A stretch of DNA of 64,000 nucleotides from Prorocentrum cordatum. Its lineage: Eukaryota. The notes beneath the pieces were generated by a model. It had not been told where the DNA came from. It made no database searches and saw only the letters and a list, made by a program, of their open reading frames with translations. Both the position numbers and the translations under genes were made by a program. Every line of letters begins with the position of its first letter. Positions within the stretch are counted from its first letter, which is position 1. Positions 47,981-61,227 of this stretch are shown here, piece after piece. The stretch lies in the NCBI GenBank assembly GCA_963575745.1, contig CAUYUJ010000043.1, positions 1-64,000 on the forward strand, in the 5' to 3' direction.

Positions 47981-50900
47981 GAGTGGAGTGGAGTGGAGTG
48001 GACCCCGTTGCGATGCAAGTTCGGTTTCGCCTAGCCTGGCCTGGATGGAGCGCTCGAGCGAGCCGATTGCTCGGCTCGACTCAGGACCTTGGGCTGTAAC
48101 CCCCTGTGGATCCTGTCAAGGTATGCCCTTCCGTGCTTGGACAATCTAAGCTTACAAGGCGCTTTCAGCGAGCATATCGCCTTGTCGGCGATGGCCCCGC
48201 ACACACTACAAAACCATACCTGGAGTGACACGTGTACATTCAAGGTGTGTGTAGTATGTGCCCAGCCCCCCGCTATGTGTACCCTCGCCCCCCTCCTAGG
48301 AGAGAAAATGACCCCATTCACATTGTACAGGGGGGTACATTCAGAAGCCCAGAATTCTTTCACAGTGTCAGCGGATGCTGATCCGAAACATTGCAGGCAT
48401 TTCCGCTGGCAATCGGCCAGCCTGTGGCGGGACTGGAACGCAGCAACAACAGAAGCAGGCAGAGGAGGAGGGGGGGGCGGGGGAGGCGGGCCCGTTGGGG
48501 CCTCACGAGACTTCCGCTTCTCCTCCCGCTCAGCCTCTCGAGTGGCCTGCATGCTGTCCATCGCAGCTCTCGCCAATCTCATGCGCACAAGGAACGCGCG
48601 CCGCTCATGACACAACACACGTGTGCGGATGGCTTGTGGGACACGTGCCTTCTCCGCCGCGAATCCAGCGAACTCGTCGGCCAGGGCGTTGCCGATGACA
48701 AGGGAGCGGATACCTTTTCCGTCCAGCATCTCAGCGGGTCCCAGATGTGACCTGGTCCACAAAACCACAACGTCACAAAACTCTCGGGCGTGCATGAGCT
48801 CGCCAATCTTCTGCCATAGGTCTGCGTCAAGCCCCACGGGTTGAGCGAACCGTTTCTCGTACCACCCCTGTGCGACCGCCTCGCAGTCAGTGGTGTAGGT
48901 CAAATATCTAGAGGTAGTCCACAGTGCCATGTACAGGGCCATCAGTTCGCCTCTGGGTACGACCTGGCGGTCGCCTTCCAAGGGGCCGAAGACAGCACCC
49001 GTGATCAGCAACTCTGGAAATATCTGCTCTGTGCACACAATCGCAACACCTACACGTCTCAGCCTTGTCATGGCCGAGTCAGCTCCACCGCTGGCGTCAC
49101 CATATATCTGAATTGGTGCCGCTGGTGAACCCTCTCCAAACACGCCCTGGGTCAAGCCGTTGATGCCGACAACCTCCCACTGGGCTTCTGTCGGCGCCGT
49201 CGGGACCTCCAGCCATTGGGACGGGATGAGGCCCCTCAGCCAGAAACACTCAGCCGTGTCGACCTGTGTCAGTGCCTGAGGCACCAGCTCCTCCGAGGCC
49301 ATGTAGGATGGGGAGCCGGTGTTCTTGGGGCAACCCCACGCTCGATGGCATGGAGTCTCAGGGTGTTCCCGACATCGGTCGCATAGTGCATTACCTCGAT
49401 AGCCCTTGAGCTCGTCGACCTTCCGCTGCTTCGTCCAGAAGCCTCCAGTGGCAATGTTGACCAGCACCTCGGCCAGGCGCAGCCCATGTGGGAGTTGAGA
49501 CACCTGAAGCAGTAGAAGACGCAGGGACTCATTGTCGACCCCTGCCTCCATGCCTCCTCCACAATAATGTCGAGCTGCTTGGCGCCATTGCATAAGTTCA
49601 GCCGACTTTCGAACATCTGCAAGCAGCCCTCGGTGATTGTCAAGCCACCTATTGCCCGTGAAGATCTCATCTGGGAACTGCCACTCCTCCGTCGTGTTGT
49701 GCTGAGACGCATATGACCAAACCGACGTTCTGACTGGGTCCCACTCCAGCTTGAGCAGTGTCAGTATGGTGGCGGAGATGGGCCCCTTAACAGCACGAAC
49801 TTGATCTTTGGGCGGCCGACCTCGCATATCTGCCACGATCCGTGGCCATACATACTTGATGCTCTTCCGCAGGTCAGGCTGAGACTGCCAGGTGTCCATC
49901 CACAAATCGATGCAGCGAACTGGATATGATACCCCTGGGTCACAAGACGGTGCCCTGAGGTCTAATAATGTCGTCAAACATCGACCGCGAACTCCACTTC
50001 CACATGTCTGCCCTAGCCTCCGTCGACACCTTTTCAACTGTTCTCCGAAAATTCCGTGGATTTGGAAGCCGTAGGTGCCCGCAGGCTGGCCTCCGTTCTT
50101 TTCTAACTTGGATAACTGCTGATATCTTTTCCCAACACGACAATACCGAACGATTTGACCATTCATGCGCTTATGTTTAGCTTGCCTCTGGGTGCGAGTG
50201 GCTCGGCCTCCACGCCCACATGAGAAGTCTATTCCCAAGTATGCGGCCTGCCGAGCAACTTTCACCGTGAACCCTTTCAATTTGATAGCTTTGGCCACCA
50301 TGTGCGCGTCCTGCATGGTAGTGCACATGATGACTGACTTTTTGGCGATCTTGAGTCCCACTTTGCTGAGCTCCTGTCCCGTCTTGACCACGCTCTTGAT
50401 AAGGTTGGTCCTGACAGCCTGACGAGAGCCTGTTGTCTTTTGCGAAATATCATCAATCCAAACTCGATGGGCCATCATCGGCGTCGCCGTCGTCACAGCC
50501 TTCATGACAAAGTGCGTCAGAACTTTGGCAAACCGAGTGCCTGACCTCAGGCCTTGCACGATACTTTGGCACGGTTCGAACGGAGACGACACTGCCCCCT
50601 CAAGCGAGAGGGTTCTCGTGGCAACGCACATCACCAGCTCAAGATATAATATGATAGGTGGGAAGTGCAGGCGCAGCGCGGCCTTGGCCAGCGGCATCCA
50701 GGGGATCGTGTCGTAGAACTCCTGGACGTCCAGCAATCCGTGGCCGAACTGGAGCCCCATCGTGCTCGCCAGCTCCTCATCCACCGCTCGGAGGTATGCC
50801 TCCTTGAGGCATGAGTTGCCTGCCACAGCTGCGTCCCACGTCTGGGCTTCGTCTGTGGACCACTGCCGAACGAGTGGTTCGCGGATGTGAGACCACACCC

Positions 50901-52970
50901 TGGCGAGCATGGGTGTGATCCCGATAGCTCTATCTCCACTTGACTTCTTCGGTGTGAGATGCCCCACAACTAAGAGTACCTGTACAGGCCAAGCCAAAAC
51001 ATGTTCGATGCTGTGCAATACCAACACCAGTTCTTGAATGGCAGCACTGGGAAGTCTTTGAAAATCAATTGGGCTCATCATGTCCACTCCGAGTCCCGCT
51101 TTGGCCTTCATAGACCTCGTGCTCCGATAAACCTGTTCGACCGTGATATCGGGCAGAGAATCCCACTTGGCCTCCTCACGGATGAGACGGAAGATCTCGC
51201 GCACTTCCCCTAGGTCAGGGGGTCTCGGGGCCCACAGCTTTTTGAAAGCCACCGCTTTCTGATCCAGGATCTGGGCCGGGTGGATCAAAACCTTACCGTC
51301 AACCTCGAGGTCAGGTGGTGGCGTCGGCTGCTGCTTCAGGGCCTTGTGAAGGATGCCATTCGCACTGGGGTCGTCCGTAACCCACTGCTTGAAGTCGTGC
51401 AGGGACTCGCGCACTGCAGTGCGCTGTGCACGGGCTTGAAGTTTCCGTGAACAATCGACGAAAGAATCCAGGACTGGGGCCGCCGTCGTCAGCGGGCACT
51501 TGAGGAGGGTAATCCACTCGTCCATGGGCGGCTCCTTCCCTGGGTTGATGATCGTATGAACGTTGGGTGGCCGTGAGTCACACAGCTGTCCGCATATCTT
51601 GGCATACTCGTCGAGCTGCCTCTTCCCATTCTGACGTGAACGGTGGCGAGATACACTGCTGAGGACTGTGTGTACCCGTGTCCACCACTGGCTTCGTTGG
51701 TCCCTGAGCGGCAGATGGCGCGTGTGCGCCGTCGTCCGCAGTGGGCGTTCGACGAACCTGGGGCCCTCTGACCGTGGCACACCAGGGCTGACCTGAATAT
51801 CATGATGCAGATGGATGGCCCGTTCGACTGCAGACGCCCAGCCAGCGTACATGCCAGAGACAAGTGTGCTATGCTGAGGTTCGAGCGAAAAGGCTACGGA
51901 GGAGGAAAGGTGGGGGGAGGTCGCAGCCACCACTGAGGCTCCTGGTTGAAACCCAACCTGGCTCCTACTCTCAATCCACGTCTCAACGGGGACTTCAAAT
52001 GTGGGCTCAGGTTTGGTCCCAGGGCTCAAGCTGGTGGCTTGCTGCTGCTGACTACACTGGGGTTCCGAGGGACGGGGGGGCTGGGCTTCACACACATCCG
52101 AATTACTGACTACTCGACTCAGATCTATGCCTTTTTCCCCCGCCCGCTGAGGCTCCTGAGGGGTCTTACCCGATGGCTCTCCCAGGGGCTCAAGGGTACT
52201 CGGCAGTTGCGCATCGCTACAGAAGTTGAGCTCGTTGGCCCATGGGTCCTCCTCAAAATCTGGGTGAAACAGAAACTCGGGATCCATGTCCTCCTCCAGC
52301 TCCCGCGGATGCTGCTGGCCAGCAGGGTCCTGGGCTCCATGGTCCTGGAGGCAGTCCCCGAAATGCTTTTCAAAAAACTCAGCTCGCTTCTCGTGTGCCG
52401 AGAGCCGTGCTGCTATAAGCTTAGCCCGTGTGACGCTCGACTTGGACCCGGCTGTTGGTTCCACTCGAGGCCTCGGGGGTTGAGGGAGACGGCACGGCAA
52501 CTCAAGCTCTCGAGTCTGCAGCTGCTGACCCGACGCTCGCAAGGTGATAGCTAAGCCTATATGGGGCCTCCAAGCCACATCCCGAATTGGATTCACTTCC
52601 TTCACAAAAGGGACAGCCGATGGGCTCATTACAAGGTAATCAAGCATGCTGTCTTCCCCGTTCTTTTTGGCGCAAGTGCCCGTGACATCAGCCGTTCTAA
52701 TGATGGCGCCCCCGACGCGCTCCAGGAATTTGGACTTGGCTAACGTCTCTGGCGACATGTTGTAGTCCCCGATGCACACCCATGGCATACGTATTGAAGT
52801 CAAGAGGCCCCCCAGCTTGCGAAACCTTTCACAATTGCGACCTGACATTCCAATACACGGGAACGCATACAGCACGATAACCACGATGGCATAGCCCTGC
52901 TGCTGAAGTAACATGGGTAGGAAACCGTCTAGTGCACTCGACCCTGGTGCCCGAAGATGCTTCGCGGGAA
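47981..52970 (-). mobile_element. 5'-truncated non-LTR retrotransposon with RNase H, ending in a (CACTC)4 tail
   Basis: Single long pol ORF, a ~30-nt 3'UTR, then (CACTC)4 merging into (CTC)n. The 5' junction lies within the APE domain at a (CCT)n tract. Confidence 0.9.
48031..52914 (-). CDS. LINE pol: partial APE endonuclease, reverse transcriptase, CCHC finger, RNase H and C-terminal Cys/His motifs
   Basis: 1627 aa uninterrupted. APE: IGDYN, LDYLV. RT: DRAIGITP, LLDVQEFYDTI, IVQGLRSG, WIDD, YLGI. Finger: CDRC...HRAWGC. RNase H: IYGDASGG, RGELMA, TTDCE, WTRSH, GNALAD. Confidence 0.92.
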   Translation of the reverse strand: MLLQQQGYAIVVIVLYAFPCIGMSGRNCERFRKLGGLLTSIRMPWVCIGDYNMSPETLAKSKFLERVGGAIIRTADVTGTCAKKNGEDSMLDYLVMSPSAVPFVKEVNPIRDVAWRPHIGLAITLRASGQQLQTRELELPCRLPQPPRPRVEPTAGSKSSVTRAKLIAARLSAHEKRAEFFEKHFGDCLQDHGAQDPAGQQHPRELEEDMDPEFLFHPDFEEDPWANELNFCSDAQLPSTLEPLGEPSGKTPQEPQRAGEKGIDLSRVVSNSDVCEAQPPRPSEPQCSQQQQATSLSPGTKPEPTFEVPVETWIESRSQVGFQPGASVVAATSPHLSSSVAFSLEPQHSTLVSGMYAGWASAVERAIHLHHDIQVSPGVPRSEGPRFVERPLRTTAHTRHLPLRDQRSQWWTRVHTVLSSVSRHRSRQNGKRQLDEYAKICGQLCDSRPPNVHTIINPGKEPPMDEWITLLKCPLTTAAPVLDSFVDCSRKLQARAQRTAVRESLHDFKQWVTDDPSANGILHKALKQQPTPPPDLEVDGKVLIHPAQILDQKAVAFKKLWAPRPPDLGEVREIFRLIREEAKWDSLPDITVEQVYRSTRSMKAKAGLGVDMMSPIDFQRLPSAAIQELVLVLHSIEHVLAWPVQVLLVVGHLTPKKSSGDRAIGITPMLARVWSHIREPLVRQWSTDEAQTWDAAVAGNSCLKEAYLRAVDEELASTMGLQFGHGLLDVQEFYDTIPWMPLAKAALRLHFPPIILYLELVMCVATRTLSLEGAVSSPFEPCQSIVQGLRSGTRFAKVLTHFVMKAVTTATPMMAHRVWIDDISQKTTGSRQAVRTNLIKSVVKTGQELSKVGLKIAKKSVIMCTTMQDAHMVAKAIKLKGFTVKVARQAAYLGIDFSCGRGGRATRTQRQAKHKRMNGQIVRYCRVGKRYQQLSKLEKNGGQPAGTYGFQIHGIFGEQLKRCRRRLGQTCGSGVRGRCLTTLLDLRAPSCDPGVSYPVRCIDLWMDTWQSQPDLRKSIKYVWPRIVADMRGRPPKDQVRAVKGPISATILTLLKLEWDPVRTSVWSYASQHNTTEEWQFPDEIFTGNRWLDNHRGLLADVRKSAELMQWRQAARHYCGGGMEAGVDNESLRLLLLQVSQLPHGLRLAEVLVNIATGGFWTKQRKVDELKGYRGNALCDRCREHPETPCHRAWGCPKNTGSPSYMASEELVPQALTQVDTAECFWLRGLIPSQWLEVPTAPTEAQWEVVGINGLTQGVFGEGSPAAPIQIYGDASGGADSAMTRLRRVGVAIVCTEQIFPELLITGAVFGPLEGDRQVVPRGELMALYMALWTTSRYLTYTTDCEAVAQGWYEKRFAQPVGLDADLWQKIGELMHAREFCDVVVLWTRSHLGPAEMLDGKGIRSLVIGNALADEFAGFAAEKARVPQAIRTRVLCHERRAFLVRMRLARAAMDSMQATREAEREEKRKSREAPTGPPPPPPPPPLPASVVAAFQSRHRLADCQRKCLQCFGSASADTVKEFWASECTPLYNVNGVIFSPRRGARVHIAGGWAHTTHTLNVHVSLQVWFCSVCGAIADKAICSLKAPCKLRLSKHGRAYLDRIHRGLQPKVLSRAEQSARSSAPSRPG

Positions 52971-53260
52971 GAGGAGGAGGAGGAGGAGGAGGCGGAGGAG
53001 GAGGAGGGGGAGGAGGTGGAGGAGGAGGAGGAGGAGGAGGAGGGGAGGAGAGGGAGGAGGAAGAGGAGGAGGAGGAGGGAGGAGGAGGAGGAGGAGGAGG
53101 AGGAGGAGGACCAGGAGGAGGAGGAGGAGGAGGAGGAGGAGGAGGAGGCGGAGGCGGAGGCGGAGGCGGAGGCGGATGCGGAGGCGGAGCAGGAGGGGGA
53201 GGAGGAGGAGGAGGAGGAGGAGGAGGAGGAGGAGGAGGAGGAGGAGGAGGAGGGGGAGGG
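52971..53260. repeat. (GAG)n microsatellite
   Basis: Directly visible. Confidence 0.95.
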
Positions 53261-54650
53261 TTATTCGTGGCGCGCCGTAAGCATCAACAAGCTAGCGCAA
53301 TTTCCAGAACGGCACATTGGACTCGATGCCGGCGTGCACAAGGGGGTGGTATTGGACGACTTCGAAAATTGTTGCTTGAGGTCCAGGAGTATGGTCCCAG
53401 AACAATGCTCCCGAACAGTACGATACTTGGAAATTCAACGGAGTGCACTCAGACGAAGAAGGACATGGTGACGGATCGCCTCAACGGAGACCGCCAAGAG
53501 CGCCGATGCACGCGAGGCGGCGCTCGCTGTCGCAGAGGATCAAGGAACTCGAGGCATAGCAGGGGGGTTAGCGCGAAGGCCGCCCCGAGGACGCCCTGAG
53601 GATCATGACGAGGAAGCCCTGCGGGCCGCAGAGCGAGATGTGCGAGAGTCAGCGAAAGAATCCGAGAATCCCGAAGCTGGCAGCGGCCGAGGAGACAAGA
53701 ACCCGAGTGTGCACATGATTGAGTCTGAACTCGAGCAGAGGCGCGCAGCGGTGAAGACGCTCAGCCTACGCGCGAAGGAAGAGGAGTCGCGAGCTGGGCA
53801 GGAGATCTTGCGAGTGCGAAACAGGCTTCGGCTTGTCCGAAGCCGGAGTTGCTCGGGTGGTACGAGTGGACTGCGTGGCGATCAACGGAGGGTCTTAGGG
53901 TCGGCTCCAAGACCGCGCGAGGAACAGGCCTATGGATAGATCAGGCAGAGGAATCCAACCTGGAGACGCATAGTGTCGATATATCACGGGGACAACTGGC
54001 AGGATGACGACGGGAACAAAAACGCAAAGCGACCGACGCGGCAACGAGAAGCGTGATTCAGAGAGTTTGAGACGTAAGTCCTAGCATACCGAAGCCGAGC
54101 TCAGCGACGTCAGCGGCTGGAGGACCGCCCAAGATTAGCGCGGCGATCAGACGACTAGAGAAGCTGTGCTGCAAAAGAGAAGATGCGGATTTCGCGAGAT
54201 TTATAGCTGCGACGGAGAAGATTAAGTCGATGCTGTTGCAGCTAGATTGGATAGATGAATATCGGAGAGCGACAGCGGTGCATAATCTTCGGACCTAACA
54301 TCGTATCTATGTGGGCCAGGGCTTGGACCGCGACTGCTCAAGAATGAAGCAGGCGGTCCTGGATGCATGGATGACGCAGACGAGCACAACGGCCCAATAG
54401 GCTCAGGATGGAGTCCGAGCGCGATGATAGGCACGGAAATCATGAGAGAGTTGTGCGAGCGGTACGAAATCGATTTAGAGTTTTTGGCGGGAGACGAAGA
54501 GACTCCAGGAGAGTTTTCTTGACGGGGGCACTCTCGTTCCGGGAAGCCTGCATGAGGAATCCGATCGTGCAGCGCGAAAAGAGGGGTTGCTGGCCAAGCC
54601 GCGTCTTCTGGGGCCAACGGTACCCCGTGTTCGGCGAAGCAGACGAAGCG
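53261..54650 (-). pseudogene. Possible highly decayed LINE ORF2 fragment
   Basis: Minus-strand peptides SIDLIF (~54225), SDRRAL (~54150) and TPGPQATIFE (~53390) echo the APE motifs IDxIF and SDH and the pre-RT motif APGPDG at roughly the expected spacing. Weak evidence. Confidence 0.3.
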
Positions 54651-55729
54651 TCGGGACCCATGGTCGGGGGGGGGCAGGGCAGCCGGAGGGCAGACAGGGA
54701 AGTCGTGTGGATCCGAGCTCGGATCTTGAATCAAGGGGGGCAAAAAAAACCCGGACCGTACAATCGGCGTTCAACGGCCGTGAGCCTGTACCGAACAGCC
54801 CCGCCCTGCTCGATTCCTTCTTTGGGCGCGTTTACTAAACGGCCTCGCTTGTCAGGGTGGTCGTCATGGGGGTGGATCTTTTGCCCTCGATTGCAGGCCG
54901 AGGCTGGGCGCCGCCACGGGGGCGCGACGCCCGGGGGGAGGCCACGCCCGGCCACAAGAAGGGCAGGCCCGACGGTGGAGCAACCCTACGGCGCCCCGTG
55001 GTGGGGGCCGACGGGCGCCCCGCCGCGGCGGAGCCCGGGTGGGGCCCCCGCCGAAGGGAACGGGGCCCGCCGGAGGAGCCGACCAGAGAGGCTCGAGCGA
55101 GCGCGGAGGCCCCGCGCCTCGCTCTCCGCGATCAGGAAGGCCCTCTTCAGTCAGGCGATCGCAAGCAGTAGCGACGGGTCCCGCTTCCATGGGAAACCGC
55201 GGACTTCCGCCGCCGAGCGAGGCGGCTCCGGCCGCATTCTGGAGAGGGCGCCTCCCCCGATCCATGGATTTGGCGACCGCGCCAAATCCATGGAGGATCG
55301 CTAGTCCGGTTTGCGCGCCCCCGACGAGAAAGGCCGGAGCGAGCGCGGAGGTTCCGCGATCAGGAAGGTCCTCCTTGGGGAGCCCCCCAGCCACAAGCCG
55401 GGGGAGCGCCAATCCGAAACGGAAGCCCATGCGGCAGCGGGAACACAATTTTGAAGCACCGAAGAGGATCGGATTGTATTTCAAGGCATGCAAGAAAACA
55501 CTCGTGTCCAGCAGTGTATGTAAAATCAATACGCGCAGGGGGCGGAACATCTGCCAGACAGAGTCAGGGAAAAAAGGAGATTAGTATCCATATTGTGTCA
55601 TCGTGGAGGAGGGAACGGGGGAGCTAGGACGCGGAGAGGGCGGAACAGAACTACGCGGCGCAGGAGGAGGCGGCGGCGGAGGAGGAGCGCTGATGACACG
55701 GGGGACAAGGCTCGTCGCCACCGCCTTCC

Positions 55730-58010
<2,281 letters not shown>

Positions 58011-59029
58011 ATGATCCGCTGCTAATGATTGGGATGGTGAGGAGGATGTTGATGATTCGGATGAGTTTGGACTGAGATGAATGGAGGTGGAGGAATAATA
58101 TTGGACACTTCGGTGGGGAAGAGGGTCGGTCACAGCTGCTTCTGGGCCGCCTCTCCAGGCGATGCACGGGGCGACGACGGAACCCGCACATGCCCTACAA
58201 TGCCCCCAGCTGCCAGAGAACACAGCCGCTTTAGCACTATGCCCCCCCCAGAATGACGAGAGCACCTGGGCTCGAGCTGGCTGACCCTGTGGCAAAGAGG
58301 TCAAATCAACGCGACGAGACGAGCCCACAGCCAGAATGAACAGCAGCATTTGATGCGCAACGCCGGGACCAGGCTCTCCCTGGAGGAGGAGGAGGGAGGA
58401 GGAGGCGGAGGAGGAGGAGGAGGAGGAGGAGCAGGAGGAGGAAAGGGAGGAGCAGGAGGAGCAGGAGGGTAAGGGTGGGAGGCGCCCGGCGGCCCCAGGA
58501 GAGAAACGAGCGCGTGTTCGCCGAGCAGATCCCGGACAGCTTCCCCCTTGGGTGTGTGGCTTCGGCTTGTCCCCTCTCCCTCCCTCCCGCCTCCCTCCCG
58601 CCACCTCCCCCTCCTCCTTCTCTTCCTCTTCCCTTATTTCCCCGTCCTCCCTCTGCTCCTCCTCCTCCTGTCCTCCCTTCTCCTGTCCTCCATCCTCCCT
58701 CCCTCCACCCTCCTCCCTTCTCCATCCTGCTCCTCCTCTTCCTCCTCCTCCTCCTCCTCCTCCTCCTCCTCCTCCTCCTCCTCCTCCTCCTCCTCCCCCT
58801 CCTCGTCCCCCTCCTTCCCTCCTCCAGTGCAGTCGGGGAGGGGAGGGGTCGTTCGGAGATGCCGTCGTCTCCCCGACCTCCATCCCTTCTCATTCTGAGC
58901 ACCTTCTCCTTGTTGCATCCACAGACGTGTCGATTAGGCGGGCCGACCGTTTCGATTGAGATTTTCGCGCCTCTTATGATCCATATGCTTGAAACTTGCA
59001 TCCGCGACAAGGACTAAGCACAGGCCGTC

Positions 59030-59530
59030 TTCAAAAGGTGCCTCTCGCCTTAGCGCAGTGCGCGCTCGTTTCTAGAGTGTTGCCGCGGCTGCAAGGACGG
59101 AGCGCAGGTGGTTTTCCAAACGTGGCTCTCGCCTTAGTCCCGCGCCCATTCGTGTCTACATTCTGGACACACTTCTATACAGCTGGAGCGCAGGTCGTTT
59201 TCAAGATCGGGTTCTCGCCTCAGCGCAACGCGCAGAGAATGAATTCCAAAAGTTTGCAGCGGCTATGGAGGGTGGCTTCTTTTCAAACGGTGGCTCTCGC
59301 CACAGCGCCGCGCACGTTCGTTCCATCATGTTCCAACAGCTTCAAGGATGGATGGGGGGGTCGCCTTAGCGCCATTCGCCGCTCGCATGGCTTCAGACAT
59401 GGAGTGGGGTCGTTTTCAAAATGGGGCTCTCACCTTAGTGCCGCACGCACTCAAGTTTCGCGACTTTTGTATGGATTGAACACAGGTGGTTTTCTGCAAG
59501 TGGCTCGCCCCTTAGCGCCGCATTTTCTTG
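59030..59530 (+). repeat. Degenerate repeat family with core GGCTCTCGCCTTAGCGCCGCGCAC
   Basis: Multiple copies here, at ~60120 and 60800-61200, and inverted at 30490-30715. Confidence 0.7.
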
Positions 59531-59854
59531 AGCATGTTGCGGCAGTGATAGGGATGGAACACAGGCCGTTTTTCGTTTTTTGCCTTTGCCAGTTCGGCTT
59601 TGCCTGAGGGCTTCGTATTCATTCGTGACAGCCAGTGGACGTGGGGTCTCAATTCAGAGGTGGACTTCGGCGTTTGCTCGGTCCCCTGGTCTTGGTTTCC
59701 TTGAGGCGCTGCTCGGGCTCTTCGGACTTGTTCCTTTGGGTTACCCGGACCTTTCTCGGTTCACTGGTCATGTTCCCTGCCTTCCTATCTCGGGTTCTTT
59801 ATGGTCCTGTCCCTTGGGTTCCCTGGTCTTGTTCCTCGATTCCCTTAGTTGTCG

Positions 59855-60115
59855 CAATGCCAACCGCTGCCGAACAATGCCAAGCACCGCGCAGCAGCGC
59901 AAGGCAACGCTAAGCCATTCAATGCCATTGCCAAGCACTGCCTACAAATGCAAGACAATTCCCAAGCAATGCCAAGGACTGCCAAGCAATACCACGCGAT
60001 GTCATGCAACGTCAAACAATGCCAAGGAATGCTACCCAATGCCAAGCACTTTCTAGCACCGATCTCAGGCAATGCCGATCAATGCCAAACAGTTGCGAAG
60101 CAATGCCACGCAATG
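59855..60115. repeat. Degenerate 10-bp minisatellite AATGCCAAGC
   Basis: Visible periodic units. Confidence 0.8.
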
Positions 60116-61227
60116 ATGGAGTTTTCGCCTCAGCCGCCGCGCGCATTCGTGCTAAAAGCATGCAGCAGTTAGAATGATAGAGGGTGCTCCTTTTTCAAAG
60201 TCTGGGTATACTTTGAGGCTTCCTTCATCACCGAGCGCGTTCCACTACTCGCAAAGTGCCCATTTGCAAACTTCAGAAAAACCATACGTCCGCCTTCCTG
60301 TAATGTATCGTAGATCCCCCGCGGCGGATCCAGGCCATTTGCGAGCAGCTACTTTGCGTGTACTGGAACGCGCTCGTCGACTGAAGCTCAAAGACCTGAA
60401 GCTTCAACGCATGCAGCACTGCACGGAACGAGGGCGGCTGCTCTTCAACATGGAGCTATCCCCTGGAGACTGCCGCACAGCTCATGGCCACACGTGTAGA
60501 CTTGCGCAACAGTTGCGCGAACGGTGGGAGGACCTTTTTAGAACAGGTGACCTCGCTTGGCACCTCGTTGAACAGTCTGATTATAGTATTCGCGTTCTTG
60601 AGTCCGAGCCAGATTGATGCACGGCAGTTCAAGGGAGGCGATTCCTGCAGTTAGTGAGAAAAGGAAGTTTGCAGGGACGTGTGGGGAGGGGACTTAGGAC
60701 GGGCGGGTGTATTGCAGTATCGCTGCGCATCTTGGGTTTACTCGGGTCTCTCATCCTCCTCGTCCATCTACAGCTTGGTGTTCGTTTCTAAAATATGGGG
60801 TTTGCTTGAGCGCCGCGCCCATTGGTCTTATCAGTTCGCATCAGCTGCAAGGACGGATGTGGGTCGTTTTCATATGGAGCGTTCGCCGTATTACCGCGCA
60901 CATTCGATTGAAGAGCTTGCAGCAGTTACAATGGTGGATGGGGCTAAGTTGAAACATTGAGCTCTCGCAGTAGCGCTGGTGGAGGTGAGTGGCTTCTAAA
61001 ATCGAGATCTCGTCTGAGCGCCGCACACATTCTGACAATCATGCAGCGGGTACAGTGGCGCGGGGGGAGGGGGGCGTTTGCAAAATGGACCTTTCGGTCC
61101 AGCGCCGCGCACCGTCGACACTTACAAGGATGGGGGGTGGGCGGGAGGGGGGTAGTTTTTTTGATTCAAAATGGAGCACGCGCCTTAGCGCCGCGCGCAC
61201 TCGGCTTTCCGTTCCTTTCTTCCAACC

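Noticed and set aside
55584..55602. SL-like GTATCCATATTGTGTCATC (also GGCTCAAG at 47529-47536)
   Set aside because: Too degenerate or too short to distinguish from chance.
60174..60617. 147-aa non-repetitive ORF
   Set aside because: No recognisable domain or SL, and flanked by repeats; cannot be supported without a homology search.
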